From Longimicrobiales bacterium (GTDB lineage: Bacteria; Gemmatimonadota; Gemmatimonadetes; Longimicrobiales; Gaopeijiaceae): a stretch of DNA of 64,000 nt. Below the pieces are notes generated by a model. The model had not been told where the DNA came from. It did not search any database and saw nothing but the letters and a program-made list of their open reading frames with translations. Location: positions 352,001 to 416,000 of the forward strand of contig CAXXKM010000002.1 of assembly GCA_963664435.2 (NCBI GenBank), in the 5' to 3' direction. The translations under genes and the position numbers were made by a program. Of the stretch, positions 47,449 to 58,305 are shown in pieces; positions within the stretch are counted from its first letter, which is position 1; each line of letters begins with the position of its first letter.

Positions 47449-49881
47449 CTACAGCCGGAACCGGTAGCTCACCTTCGCGAAGAGGCCGTCCGCCTGGGGC
47501 GCCACGCGCTGGAACCGGAAGGGTCCCGTGTCCTCCATCTCGCGGGTATAGCCCACATACATCACGGTTCCCGGCGAGGGTTCGTAGCTCAGCAGCACCT
47601 CGACGTGGATGTCGTATCCGTCGGACGTCGAAAGCGCGCTGCAGGCATCCCCCGGGCAATACTCGAGCGGCAGCCCGCTCACCGGGTTCAACAGCGATTC
47701 CTGGTCGCGGAGGGCGTACTCGACGATGCTCCGCAGGAACAGCGCCTTGGTGAACTGATACTGGGCCCTGATGCGCGGAATCGTGGCCGAAGAGTAGCGG
47801 CCGCCCCCGCGCTTGCGGATGAGCGTCTCGTGGTTGATTCCGACCTCGGCCTGCAGCGAAGTGAAGGGATAGAGGTTCAGGCTCACGCTCCCGGAATACT
47901 GGTCCGCGGTCTCGATGGGAACATCCAGCGACCGGTAGAACAGCGGCGCCTCGGACCAGCTGAAGCGGATGTTTCCACGCACCTTGCTCCAGGAACTGGC
48001 CATCAGAAAGGCCGTGGCGCCGTACAGGCCCTGGAAGTGCGACTGGCTGACCGACAGCGGGCTCAGGACGTCCTCGCGCTCCCGCGTGAAGAGGCCGTTG
48101 TAATCGCTCTCGGGGAAGAAGAAATCGGTGCGCGTGCCCGTGAGGAAGAGGGTGATGTTGTTGCGGAACGAGGCCGTGCCCGTGAGGCGGATTTCGCTCT
48201 CTTCGGTGCGGCCGCCATCCCAGAACGTGTCATGGTCCCAGAGCGTGCGCACGGACAGCGACGGCCCCCAGCGCTCCACCAGGTCGCCCGGACGTCCGAT
48301 GCTGTTGATCGAAACGTTCCCCTGCATCTGGGTCAGCCCGACGCGCCGAATGAAACCGCTCCGAGCCTCGAACGCGGGCTCGATGTTCTCGAACTCGCCG
48401 TTGAATGAGAACGTGCGCCCGGTGCGCGCGAAGCTTGCCGAGGTCAGCGTTCCCCATTCCGAGCCGCCCTCTCCCTGCCCTCGAACGCTGCCCGCGCCGA
48501 CGAACTGAAAGGTGTAGCGGCCGCCCATCACCAGGCGCGCGTCCGCGCCCATGACCCGGTTGAAGACATCGGTGGAGCGCATGCGGTCGGTGTAGGTCAA
48601 CCCGATGGTCGAACTGGTCCCCAGATCGCGCCGCATGCGCACGAAGTTCACGACGGCGTCGTTCCCGGACAGGTCCGAGGAGACCTGGTCGACCGCTCCC
48701 ATGTAGCCGACGTTGAAGTTGCCCACCTTGCCGGTGATCTTCGCGCCCGCGATCGGATCCACGACCGAGCGGGTGTAGACGAGCTGCTTGGGCAGCTGGA
48801 AGATGTCCATCCCCTCGAGGAAGAACGGACGCTTCTCGGGAAAGAAGAGGGCGAAGCGCTCGTTGACCGCGATCTGCCCCGCATCCGCTTCCACCTGACT
48901 GAAGTCGGGGTTGTAGGTGCCGTCGAGGGTGAGGTTGGACGTAAGCCCGTAGGTTGTGTAGAAGCCGAAGTCGCCGACGGGATCGTCTCGCTGGAAAGCA
49001 TCCGCGTCCGCGTCGTAGGCGCCCAGGCGCTTCCCGGTCACGACGGGGTTCATCTCAAGGAACAGGCCGGGATCGAGTTCCCGCAGATCGTCCAGCGTTC
49101 CGGACTGTTCGAGCTGGTTGGCGAGATCGCGGGAGAGCGGCGCCCACGACTGCTGGTAGCCGGTGCGCTGCACCCGGCGCATGACGTTGATGCCCCAGGA
49201 TTGCATGGCGACGTTCTGGAAGCGGATGCTCTTGAACGGGATGCGCATCTCGACGGTGTATCCCTGGTCGTCCAGGCGACCGTCCGATTCCCAGATGAAG
49301 TCGGGGTTGTAGTCCACCGGCGGAGGCCCGAAGCCGCCGCCGCGGCGCCCGCCTCCACCGCCACCGCCACCACCGCGGCCTCCCCGGCCCCCTCCGCCGC
49401 CGCCCTGGCCACCCTCGACCCAGATGCCGTCCTGCTGCACCCCGTAGGCGTTGACCATGAAGTTGTAGGCGCGCCGCCTGTCGTTGAACGTGTCCAGCAC
49501 GACCCGGATGTAGTCGTCGGCCCGGCCCCAGCTGTCACGCTCGCTGAGGGAGGCTCGCACCCCGCCTGGATCGCTGTCGTAGGCGCGAACCCCGAAGTAG
49601 ATGGCGTCGTCGCTGACCAGGACCAGCGCCTCGGTCGGCTGCACCGCGGGAATGCCCTCGACCGGATCGTACTGGCTGAAATTGCGCAGGAGCGCGGCGC
49701 TCTCCCACGCGGGGTCGTCCAGACGACCGTCGATATTGATGTCGGGGTCCTCGAGCCGCGGGGTCACGACCTCCAGCTGCCCTGCGGAGCCGTCATATTC
49801 CGCCACTGCCGGCGGGCGCTCGGGCACGTCGCCCTGAGCAGGCACGAGGATGGCCTGCACGGCGATCAGCTTGAGAATCAT
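47449..49881 (-). CDS. DUF5916-like protein (CBM9-like domain plus outer-membrane barrel)
   Basis: IDGRLDDPAW, YTVEMRIPFKSIRF, NPDFSQVEAD, FFPEKRPFFLEG, C-terminal KVSYRFRL. Confidence 0.88.
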   Translation of the reverse strand: MILKLIAVQAILVPAQGDVPERPPAVAEYDGSAGQLEVVTPRLEDPDINIDGRLDDPAWESAALLRNFSQYDPVEGIPAVQPTEALVLVSDDAIYFGVRAYDSDPGGVRASLSERDSWGRADDYIRVVLDTFNDRRRAYNFMVNAYGVQQDGIWVEGGQGGGGGGRGGRGGGGGGGGGRRGGGFGPPPVDYNPDFIWESDGRLDDQGYTVEMRIPFKSIRFQNVAMQSWGINVMRRVQRTGYQQSWAPLSRDLANQLEQSGTLDDLRELDPGLFLEMNPVVTGKRLGAYDADADAFQRDDPVGDFGFYTTYGLTSNLTLDGTYNPDFSQVEADAGQIAVNERFALFFPEKRPFFLEGMDIFQLPKQLVYTRSVVDPIAGAKITGKVGNFNVGYMGAVDQVSSDLSGNDAVVNFVRMRRDLGTSSTIGLTYTDRMRSTDVFNRVMGADARLVMGGRYTFQFVGAGSVRGQGEGGSEWGTLTSASFARTGRTFSFNGEFENIEPAFEARSGFIRRVGLTQMQGNVSINSIGRPGDLVERWGPSLSVRTLWDHDTFWDGGRTEESEIRLTGTASFRNNITLFLTGTRTDFFFPESDYNGLFTREREDVLSPLSVSQSHFQGLYGATAFLMASSWSKVRGNIRFSWSEAPLFYRSLDVPIETADQYSGSVSLNLYPFTSLQAEVGINHETLIRKRGGGRYSSATIPRIRAQYQFTKALFLRSIVEYALRDQESLLNPVSGLPLEYCPGDACSALSTSDGYDIHVEVLLSYEPSPGTVMYVGYTREMEDTGPFRFQRVAPQADGLFAKVSYRFRL

Positions 49882-50100
49882 TCGAGATATAGCCTCTCGG
49901 AAACGGCCTGGCTTGTGGCGGACGCTCCGCGAACGCCGCTTCGAGACGATAGGTCCGCGTACGCGCGCAAGCTCGGTAACCTAACTCTCAGGACACGCAG
50001 CCGGAAAGCAGTGTTGACACGCCGGCACCAGTGTGGCTTCATTCTGGTGTCGCGCTCATCCCGGTCCGGGGCGGGCGCGAAAGTGGCAAGCGGACCGTGA

Positions 50101-50173
50101 TGGGGTGTAGCTCAACCGGCAGAGCGCCTGGCTGTTAACCAGGAGGTTGGAGGTTCGAGCCCTCCCGCCCCAG
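50101..50173 (+). tRNA. tRNA-Asn(GTT)
   Basis: Acceptor TGGGGTG/CGCCCCA, anticodon arm CCTGG-CTGTTAA-CCAGG, T arm GGAGG-TTCGAGC-CCTCC; CCA not encoded. Confidence 0.97.
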
Positions 50174-50263
50174 TGGTCGCGAAAACCCCGGCCGCCAGCG
50201 CAAGGGAGACGGCAAGCGACCGCCTGATGTCTGCGACTTCGCTAGCCTTTCGGGGCCGTTTCC

Positions 50264-51919
50264 TCACCTGGTCTGGAATGTCAACGGAATGGCGATCCAG
50301 ACGGGCACGGGCTCGTCCCCGTCGAGCGCAGGGCTGAACCGAAAGGTGCGGGCAACACGGAGAGCCGCCGAGTCGAGCGCTTCGTGACCGGACGGCTGGG
50401 CGACAAGAACCCTCTGCACTACGCCCTCGGCATCGATGAAGAAGTGCACGTTGACCGTCCCTCCTATTCCCGCGTCCCTGACTATCGGGGGGTATTCTCT
50501 CTCGAGGGCCCGCTGCACCTCCCGCTCGTTCACCAGGTCGGGACGCACCGTGTAGGTAGTGAGCGTCGGCTCCCGCATGAGGTCCGCCAGCGGGTCAGCC
50601 GCGGAGACCGGCTGACCGGCGGGTTCCGTCCGGGCATCCGGATCATTCGGGTCATCGGGCTCATCCTCGTCTGTCTCGCTCCTCTGGAACGTGAGCGGAA
50701 TCGCGGTCCAGACAGGGACCACCTCATCCAGGTTGAGCGCGGGCGTGAACCGAAAAACGCGAGCAACTCTGAGGGCGGCGGAGTCGAGCGCTTCGTGGCC
50801 GGAGGACTCGGCGACGAGGACCGTCTGCACCCGGCCCTCGGTATCGATGAAGAAGTGCACGATGGTGGTGCCGCCGATTCCCTCGTCCCTCAGCCTCGGC
50901 GGATACTCCTCCTCCAGGGCTCCCATGACCTCTCGCTCGTTCACCAGATCCGGACGCACCGTGTAGGGGGTGAAGGTTGGTTCGGCCATGAGGTCGACGA
51001 GTTCCTCGGGCACGGGTGCGTCCTCGCCGCGAATCCGTGGGAACAGGACCGCCAGAGTCACGATGGCCGCGGCGCCCAACAGGAGAAGCGATACCTGGAT
51101 GCGCCGGGCGCGCGGCATCTTCTCTACCAGCCCGCGGATGCGACGCTCCAGCTGCGACCGTCCCTCGGACAACGACACGAGCGCCAGACGATGCAGCCCG
51201 TTTCGTCCGGCGCCGACGCGCAGGAGCAGGTTTCCGTAGGCGAGGCGGTGTCCAGGCATCCGGCCCATCACCCTTCGGTCACAGTCCAGTTCGACGGCGA
51301 GATTCAGACGATGGCGCAGCAGCCACAGTGCGGGATTCCAGGGGAAGACGAACAGCGGAAGCGTCATCAGGAAGCGGAGCCGCGCGTCGCCCGCGCGGAT
51401 GTGCTCCTCTTCGTGCGTGAGAATCAGTTCCTGCTCCCTGCGCCCGATCGCCCGCACCCACGCGGGCAGCACGACGCGTGGCCGCAGGAGGCCGACGATG
51501 GTCGGGCCGGTGTCCCGGGACCAGAGAACGGAGCGATGGCCAAGTGAACCGGGCTGCCACGATTTTCCCTCCCGCATCAGGCGCGCGAAGGCGAACAGCA
51601 CCGTCACCATCAGCAGCGAGGAGAGCACCGCCCAGCCCAGCAGAAGCAGGTCGTCGAAGGAGCGGAGCATCGAGTCGCGGGCGACCGTCACCGTCAGCGG
51701 CTCGAGCAGTGGAGGCGCGTACCCCGGTGGAGGAACCGCCTGGTCCGGCGTGCTTCCTGGAATCCGGAGCGCCGACAGGAGGGTCGTCGCCGCACCCGCG
51801 ACGATCCAGACCCATCGCGTCGGACGGCCGCCCAGGGTGAGGAGCCGCTCGGCCGCCAGGCCCGCAACCAGGAACAGCACGCCGATGCCGGCCGACCAGA
51901 GCATCCATGCGGCAATCAT
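50264..51919 (-). CDS. BlaR1-like M56 metallopeptidase fused to two tandem TonB C-terminal domains
   Basis: GPTIVGLLRPRVVLP, HEEEH, PWNP, ELDCD; duplicated YP...GIGGT..VHFFID..G....LDSAALRVAR.FRF domains. Confidence 0.92.
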   Translation of the reverse strand: MIAAWMLWSAGIGVLFLVAGLAAERLLTLGGRPTRWVWIVAGAATTLLSALRIPGSTPDQAVPPPGYAPPLLEPLTVTVARDSMLRSFDDLLLLGWAVLSSLLMVTVLFAFARLMREGKSWQPGSLGHRSVLWSRDTGPTIVGLLRPRVVLPAWVRAIGRREQELILTHEEEHIRAGDARLRFLMTLPLFVFPWNPALWLLRHRLNLAVELDCDRRVMGRMPGHRLAYGNLLLRVGAGRNGLHRLALVSLSEGRSQLERRIRGLVEKMPRARRIQVSLLLLGAAAIVTLAVLFPRIRGEDAPVPEELVDLMAEPTFTPYTVRPDLVNEREVMGALEEEYPPRLRDEGIGGTTIVHFFIDTEGRVQTVLVAESSGHEALDSAALRVARVFRFTPALNLDEVVPVWTAIPLTFQRSETDEDEPDDPNDPDARTEPAGQPVSAADPLADLMREPTLTTYTVRPDLVNEREVQRALEREYPPIVRDAGIGGTVNVHFFIDAEGVVQRVLVAQPSGHEALDSAALRVARTFRFSPALDGDEPVPVWIAIPLTFQTR

Positions 51920-52290
51920 CGTCGCTCCTCCTTCTCGAGTCGCTCGTCAAGCAGCTTGCGCAGGCGCCTGATGGTCTGCGCGGAAAGGCGTTCGTCGGAG
52001 ACCAGGTTGGCCACGAGCATCTCCGTGGAGCCCGAATAGACCTTCTTCCGGAGCCGGTCGAGCACCGTCCGCCCGGCTTCTCGCCGCTCGAGCAGCGGAT
52101 GGTAGCGGTGGGCGCGCCCCTCCCTCTCGTAGCCGACGAGGCCCTTCGATTCCAGGATGCGAAGGACGGTAAGCACCGTCGTGTAGGCCAGATCATCCTC
52201 CAGCCTGGCGCTTACCTCGGCCACGGTGGCGGATTCCAGGTCCCAAAGAACCGACATGACGTCCATTTCGCGGGCGGTGAGCGATGTCAC
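51916..52290 (-). CDS. BlaI/MecI/CopY family transcriptional repressor
   Basis: LTAREMDVMSVLW, LAYTTVLTVLRILESKG, GRAHRY; 4-nt overlap with the M56 gene. Confidence 0.95.
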   Translation of the reverse strand: MTSLTAREMDVMSVLWDLESATVAEVSARLEDDLAYTTVLTVLRILESKGLVGYEREGRAHRYHPLLERREAGRTVLDRLRKKVYSGSTEMLVANLVSDERLSAQTIRRLRKLLDERLEKEERR

Positions 52291-52381
52291 AGGTGCCTCC
52301 TCAGGTGTCCGCGACCGTGCTCGCGAGTTGCCGGACGATGGTTCGCCAGGCTTGGCGCGCCTCCCTCACGGAGCATCCGCT

Positions 52382-52443
52382 TACTAATTATATAGTAGCA
52401 AAATGAGTGAGCGGGTTCCGATTTGTCAACTACAGACTTAGTA
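52382..52443. promoter_or_regulatory. Two candidate BlaI-type operator palindromes and a -35 box
   Basis: TACTA-N6-TAGTA (52382-52397) and AACTA-N6-TAGTA (52428-52443); minus-strand TTGACA at 52424-52429. Confidence 0.7.
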
Positions 52444-52448
52444 GAGCT

Positions 52449-52817
52449 TCAGGAAGAAGCCGGATCGCGAGAACCCACCACCTCGTGCAGAGGCTGGTAG
52501 ATCCCGAGCTCCCCTCCGCCCGGCAGGGTCACAGTCGTCAGCCTGCCCCACCCCTGTTCCTCGACCGGACTGCATTGGACGCCCGCCGTGGACAGGTGCT
52601 CGACCAGCGCGTCGACGTCTTCGCACATGAGGTAAAGCTCATGGACGTCGTTCTTCTCCGAGGGATGCACCGCGACTTCCGACGGAGGCAGGGCGAAGAG
52701 CAGCCAGCCACCCCCGATGTCGATGTTCGGCAAGGCGAGCACGTCGCGGAAAAAGCCCCGGTCGGCAGCTGGATCCGTACTGTAGATGATGGTATGCGCG
52801 CCGCTGATCATCGTCAT
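52449..52817 (-). CDS. VOC (glyoxalase/extradiol dioxygenase) family protein
   Basis: ISGAHTIIYS, FFRDVL, EVAVHP, QGWG, LGIYQPLH; GGAGG RBS. Confidence 0.9.
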   Translation of the reverse strand: MTMISGAHTIIYSTDPAADRGFFRDVLALPNIDIGGGWLLFALPPSEVAVHPSEKNDVHELYLMCEDVDALVEHLSTAGVQCSPVEEQGWGRLTTVTLPGGGELGIYQPLHEVVGSRDPASS

Positions 52818-52911
52818 TCCCATCGCCTCCTCGCTGGCCGTAGAGGGAGAAACCGGGCCGCGGGGGCGACCGACCCCCCCGCGAACCGGCTCTCCCATAC
52901 GCCCCCCCGAA

Positions 52912-54258
52912 TCAGCTGATCGGCGGCACGTTGGGGTTGCGGTCGCGCTCCGACTCGGGAATGTCGAAGCAGTACGACCTGGGGTTGCGCGTGAACATGT
53001 TGGTGCGTGACCCCGGGGCAAACGCGGTGCTTCCCCAGTCGGGCGTATCCAGCGCCCCGGGTATGTTGGTCGCAGCCCACCGTCGCTCGTCACCGAGCCT
53101 GCGCCCCTCGAGCCAGAGCTCGATGTAGCGCTCCCGCTTGAGGAAGGTCCAGGCTTCCTCCATGCTCATTGCGACCCAGGGATCCAGCGCTTCGCCGGTG
53201 GTGTCGCTGATGTTGCGGGTGCGCACGCGGTTGATGATGGTCATGGCCGCCTGCCAGTTCCCGGAGTTGAGCTGGGCCTCGGCTTCCAGGAGCCGCATCT
53301 CCCAGCCGCTGACGATGCGCTGGTCGTCGTTGCGGCTGTTGTACTTGGCCTGGTTCTTCCACTCGACCTGGCCGTAGGTGTCCAAGCTCGCGGTGGCGTA
53401 GGGAATGTTCGCGTCCTCGAACCAGGGCGTCCTGGGATCTCCCGTCGCCGTATAGTATTCATCGAAGAAGGTGTAGATCACCGAGTAGGATCCGGCCGGC
53501 TGGCGCGCGTTGGCCTCGAAGATGGTGTTGTAGTAGGGCTGGAGCTCATCGTCGTAGTTGATCCAGAAGACGAAGTCGTCCGGGATCGTCGCAGCGTCCG
53601 AAGCGGCCGCACCCCAGTCCCCCAGCCAGGCGTGCGCGGCTGCTCGACCGCCCCGTGCCGCATGGGTCTCCTCGGGCGTCGAAGCGTACCCAAGAGCCGC
53701 GGTGAAGCTCGCGACGGCACGCTCGAAGTTCCCCGACGATCCCTGCTCGTAGCTGCCGGGCGTGGTATCGTCCGGATCCGTGGGGCCCAGGACGGCGTCG
53801 CACCACCACTCTCCCATGGTACGGTAGGTGAAGGCGTTCCACAGATATGCCTGATACAGCATGTTGTCCGGCGCTCCGACCTCGAGGAACCGGCTGATCG
53901 CCGTCTCGGTGATGAAGCGCGCCTGCACTCCGTCGTTCCAGCGATTGGAGAAGCTTCCGGGCAGGATATGCCCGGACTGGGTAATGGGATCGTGGCCCAT
54001 GAAGCCGGTCTGACCGCCAGGGAAGAGTTCCCGTGCCAGGATGGCGTGCGTGTAGCTGCCGTAGGTCAACAGCTCCGCCAGCCGGCGCACGCCGCCATTG
54101 ACGAGCCCCTGCTGGGACGCGGGCTGCGCCAGGAACTCGTCCTGGATGGGACCGGGGTTGGTGACCTCGCAACCCGATGCGGTCACGCCTGCGACTCCGG
54201 CGATGAGAAGAGCCCTGGTGAAACGTGTGCGGACACTCCTGTCTCTTGTCTCGTTCAT
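52912..54258 (-). CDS. RagB/SusD-like outer-membrane lipoprotein
   Basis: Lipobox ASGC, EMRLLEAEA, INRVR, ERYIELWLEGRRLGDERR, IPESE..NPN. Confidence 0.9.
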   Translation of the reverse strand: MNETRDRSVRTRFTRALLIAGVAGVTASGCEVTNPGPIQDEFLAQPASQQGLVNGGVRRLAELLTYGSYTHAILARELFPGGQTGFMGHDPITQSGHILPGSFSNRWNDGVQARFITETAISRFLEVGAPDNMLYQAYLWNAFTYRTMGEWWCDAVLGPTDPDDTTPGSYEQGSSGNFERAVASFTAALGYASTPEETHAARGGRAAAHAWLGDWGAAASDAATIPDDFVFWINYDDELQPYYNTIFEANARQPAGSYSVIYTFFDEYYTATGDPRTPWFEDANIPYATASLDTYGQVEWKNQAKYNSRNDDQRIVSGWEMRLLEAEAQLNSGNWQAAMTIINRVRTRNISDTTGEALDPWVAMSMEEAWTFLKRERYIELWLEGRRLGDERRWAATNIPGALDTPDWGSTAFAPGSRTNMFTRNPRSYCFDIPESERDRNPNVPPIS

Positions 54259-54272
54259 CGTTCAGCCCTCCC

Positions 54273-57200
54273 CTAGAAGGTGACCCGCATGGAAATGCGG
54301 AACGTGACCGGGGACGGCACCCGTTCGGTCTGGTTGCCGATTCCGTCATCCAGAGCCGGTGAGTTACCCAGCGACTCGGGGTCGTACCAGGGAATCTCAC
54401 GGTACCAGTCGAAGTAGTTGCTGAGGGTTGCGGTGAGCGTGGCGTTGGAAATCCGCTCCGGGAACAGGGCGTCGACAGGCACCGTCAGGCTCACGTTACG
54501 GAGCTTGAAGTAGTCCGCGTCGAACCAGTAGTCTCGCGCAAATCCCGGAGTGCAGCGCTCGCGCCAGATGGCGGGCGTGTCCGACTTCAGCTCGATGGAT
54601 GTCTTGGGGGAGACGTACCACGGGAAGCAGAGCGGCGAGCGCACCGACCGGCTGATGGAGATCTCGTTGATGTACGCCACATGCCCGCCCTGGTACTCGC
54701 CCCGTGCCGAGAGCAGGATGTTGTTGGGGAAGCGCACCGAGATCATCGGCGTGATGATATGGGTCGGCAGCTGGGCCCCGATGATCACGTTCTCGCCGGT
54801 CCTGCCCGGCAGTGCCGGCGTATCCGGATTATCGTCGAACACCGGGGGAGCGATCTCATCCCGATTGATGACCCGGCGACCCATTTCCACCGGAAGCGCC
54901 TGGCCCTCGATGATCCATCCGTTGAGGTCCGAGAAGCGATCGATGCACTTTGCGCCGGGATCGCGCGCCAGCACGACATCGCTCGGCTCGGTTTCTCCCT
55001 TGCACAGGCTGACCACCTCGGAATTGATGGTGCTGATGCCCAGCCCGGCGTCCACGCCGAAGTTCGAACTCTGGAACAGAGTGGCGTCGACTTGCAGCTC
55101 CAGCCCGGCGTTGTCGACGGTGCCGACGTTCTCGAGCTGGCTCTGGGTGAAGCCCTGGGAGGGGATGGCGCTGACGCTCATCAGTGCGTCGGTGGTGCGC
55201 TGATCGAAGTAGGTGAAGGTGGCCGCCAACCGGTCGTCCAGCCACGAGGCGTCAAAGCCGAACTCCCACTCCCGGGTCACCTCGGGTCCCAGATCGGGAT
55301 TCCCCAGGTTGTCCGGCGTGAAGGCCGGGGTGCCCGCGTAGCCCGCCGGATTCCACGTTCTCACCGCGTCGAAGGCGCCGGGGGCGCGGCCGGACTGGCC
55401 GTATGCGGCGCGCAGCTTGATGGAGCCCAGGCCGGGATCCCAGAAGTCCTCGTCGCTGATCACCCAGGTGCCGCTAACCTTGGGATAGACCTGGAGTCCG
55501 AAGCCCGAGCCGAAGGCACTGTTGCCGTCGACCCGGATGCCGCCGGTGACGAAGTACTTGTTGCTGATGTCGAACACGTTCTGGAAGAAGAAACCCGCGT
55601 TCCAGACTTTCTCGCGATCCTCCTCCGCCACCTTGATGGCCGCGGAACTCACGGTGGGCTCGGCGGCGCCGGGGAAGTCCTCGCCCAGCAGCCTCAGTCG
55701 TACTTGCGAGTCGCCGATCGCCTGCCCGCCCCACGAGAAATTCGAGTTGATGCTGGACGTGACCGGCAGCGTGAAGGTCCCGACATAGTCGAACGTGAGG
55801 ACCCGCCGCTGGAACGTGTCGTTGGTGCGCGAGCCCAGCGGCTTGAGGAAGAAGCCGAAGTTGCGCTGGTTCTCCCTTCCTGGTTGGAGAAGTCGTAGCC
55901 GAAGGTAAAGCGGTTGGTCAGCTGGGCCTGGGGCGTATAGGTCAGGGTAATGCCCGAATTCAGGCGCTCGTTGCGCTGGTCGAACTCGTATTCCAGCAAC
56001 TTCCCGATCTCGCGCGGGTCCGCCGAGCCCACGTAGTTGCGCTCCTGACGGAAGGCGTTGAGCTGGATGCCCTCGGCGTTGTTGCCCGACGGAGTCCCGC
56101 TCAGCCACTGGCTGGTGTAGCCGGTGTTCCACTGGATCTGGAGATCCTCCACGGGCGTCATCGTGAAGTTGCCGCGGAAGTTGTACTTCTCCAGCTCGTC
56201 GTTCGCGAGCACGTAGCTGTCGTCCTGGTACTGCCCGGAGATGAAGTACTGCAGGTTCTGGCCGCCACCCCTCACCGAGAGCAGGTAGTTCTGGAACCAC
56301 ACCGAGCCCGGCCAGCTGCAGGGGCCGCTGGCGTTCTGGTTCACGCCCTTCCAGCGGTCGTCGTCGGTGACGCAGTCAGGCGCGTATTCGCCGCCTTCGT
56401 AGCCGCCGCCCCACCAGGCGTCGCGCATGTAGTGCTCCATCTGGATGAAGTCGCCGCCCGGGGCCCCGAACGGCTGCATCCACCCGGTGCCCTGCTGGAT
56501 CTCGGCGGTCCACACGGGCGCGCCCGCGGAGCCACGCTTGGTGAAGATCTGAATCACGCCGGCAGAGGCTTCGGTCCCATAGAGGGTGGTCGCCGCGGAG
56601 CCCTTGATCACCTCGATGCGCTCGATGTCGTTGGGGTTGATCATGTCGAGCGGGGTCACCGTGATGAGCGACGGACGCCCGAGTCCGGTCCCGGGGGTCG
56701 CGACCACGGGGAAGGCGTCGTCCATGATCCTCACGCCGTCCACGTAGATGATGGGCTGGTTCGACATCGCCACGCTGGAGTTGCCGCGCAGGCGGATCTG
56801 CTTGCCCTGGGCGGGCTCGCTGCTGCCGCCGATGACGTGCACGCCGGGTGCTGCCGCCTGCAGCAGGTCGGACACGGCCGCCTGACGCTCGGGGACATCG
56901 GTCAGGTTGATCTGCGCGATGGCGTTGCCGATCTCGCGCCGGCGCGCGGCGCCCGCGGCCCCCGTCACGACGATCTCGTCGAGGCCGAGCGCCTCCGTCG
57001 ACATGGCGAAGTCCTGGGTGACGGTGCCTTCGGCGGGCACGTCGATCGACTGGGTCACGGTCTGGAAACCGATTCGCTCCGCCCGGAGCTCGTACGACCC
57101 CGGGGGCACGTTAAGGACGAGGTAGCGTCCGTTGGAACGGGTCAGCGTCCCCAGCGTGGAGCCGACCACGTAGACCTGCACCTCGCCGATCGGGCCGCCC

Positions 57201-57358
57201 GACTGGGCGTCGGTGACGACTCCGGTAATGCGCCCGTTTTGCGCGTGCGCGGGCACCGCGCAGAGAAGCGCGAGGCCCGTGACAATCAGAACGGCCACCC
57301 CTCCCCTTGATCGACCAGGCCCGCGGGGTCTGTGAGGAAACAGGGACAATCGGGACAT
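54273..57358 (-). pseudogene. SusC/RagA-like TonB-dependent receptor with -1 frameshift at 55874-55876 (possible sequencing error)
   Basis: CarboxypepD-like N domain, LDEIVVTG, INPNDIERIEVIKGSAATTLYG plug, C-terminal RVTF; one extra G (QEGENQRNFGFF) joins ORFs 55694-57358 and 54273-56300. Confidence 0.9.
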
Positions 57359-57740
57359 GGAGCCCTCCTTCGGCGACGCAAGTCACCGGCGTTGCGCCCG
57401 GTGCGCCGAGAAACAGACTCCTGCCAAATGCCCCTGGGACGGACTCCCAGACCGCGCGTGGACGAACTGCCCGTCTCAAACTGACGCTGGTGCTGGTGAA
57501 TTGAGGGGTTGAACCGCAATCTTCTAGAATTCGCTGCGAGTGGGTGCTACGTAAGCAAGAGTGCGTGCGTCGGCAGTTGCGGACCCGGGGCCGCGTCGAG
57601 CGGCCGCGGGGTTGCGTTCATCCGGGGCAGCGCGGTAATCGTGAACCGAACCACCATCGAATCCCGGGCAGGGCGAAGCTCTACTCGACCCCGCGGAAAG
57701 CTCTGCTGGAATCCCGCAGTTGCCCGGATGGGAGGCTGCC

Positions 57741-58232
57741 ATGCGAGGAAGGAACACGAGGCGGGCCGTCTGCTGTGTCGCGGCCCTGCTCTTCTCTCCG
57801 GCGTGTTACCGCTATGTGCCCATCGAAACAGCGGCGGCGGCACCCGGAGAGCCGGTGAGGATCTACGTCACCCAAGCAGGCACGGAGAGCTTCCGCGAGG
57901 TCCTGGAAGTGGACCAGACCGTGCCCGTTCTGCGCGGCACGATCACGGGACGGGACGCCGGCGACCTCCTGATCGCCGTGGAGGTTGCGCAACGGCAGGT
58001 GGGCTTCCAGGCGATGGGGCTCGAACAGACCCTGCGCATTCCGGAGGGCGAGATCGTAGCTACGGAGCGGCGGTCGCTGAACGCGCTCGCCACGTCCGCC
58101 TTCGTGGGGGTCGTCGCCGGCGGAGTGGCGGCGATCCTCAGCCTCATTCTGGAGTCCGAAGGCGAGCCGGCGCCACCGGACCCGGACCCGGATCTTATGG
58201 TGCCGCTGATCTCCCTGCCTGTAGGACGATAG
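57741..58232 (+). CDS. Hypothetical lipoprotein/membrane protein
   Basis: GGAGG RBS; signal ending SPAC-YRYVP; C-terminal TM. Confidence 0.8.
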   Translation: MRGRNTRRAVCCVAALLFSPACYRYVPIETAAAAPGEPVRIYVTQAGTESFREVLEVDQTVPVLRGTITGRDAGDLLIAVEVAQRQVGFQAMGLEQTLRIPEGEIVATERRSLNALATSAFVGVVAGGVAAILSLILESEGEPAPPDPDPDLMVPLISLPVGR

Positions 58233-58247
58233 GCCTGAACGAAAGAA

Positions 58248-58305
58248 TCTGCCAAAATGGCAGACCCATAGCTGCGGAAGAGTCAAAGTCTGCCAAAATG
58301 GCAGA
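58248..58305. repeat. Two identical 17-bp palindromes TCTGCCA-AAA-TGGCAGA
   Basis: Copies at 58248-58264 and 58289-58305; a half site TCTGCCA lies at 58363. Confidence 0.9.

Noticed and set aside
49330..49410. Gly/Arg-rich low-complexity tract in the DUF5916-like gene
   Set aside because: An in-frame flexible loop with no sign of a separate element.
50101..50260. tRNA-Asn as integration site of an island
   Set aside because: No integrase and no duplicated tRNA 3' end found by eye in the window.
58248..58305. Mini-CRISPR (repeat, 24-nt spacer, repeat)
   Set aside because: Only two 17-bp repeats, too short and too few; no cas genes.
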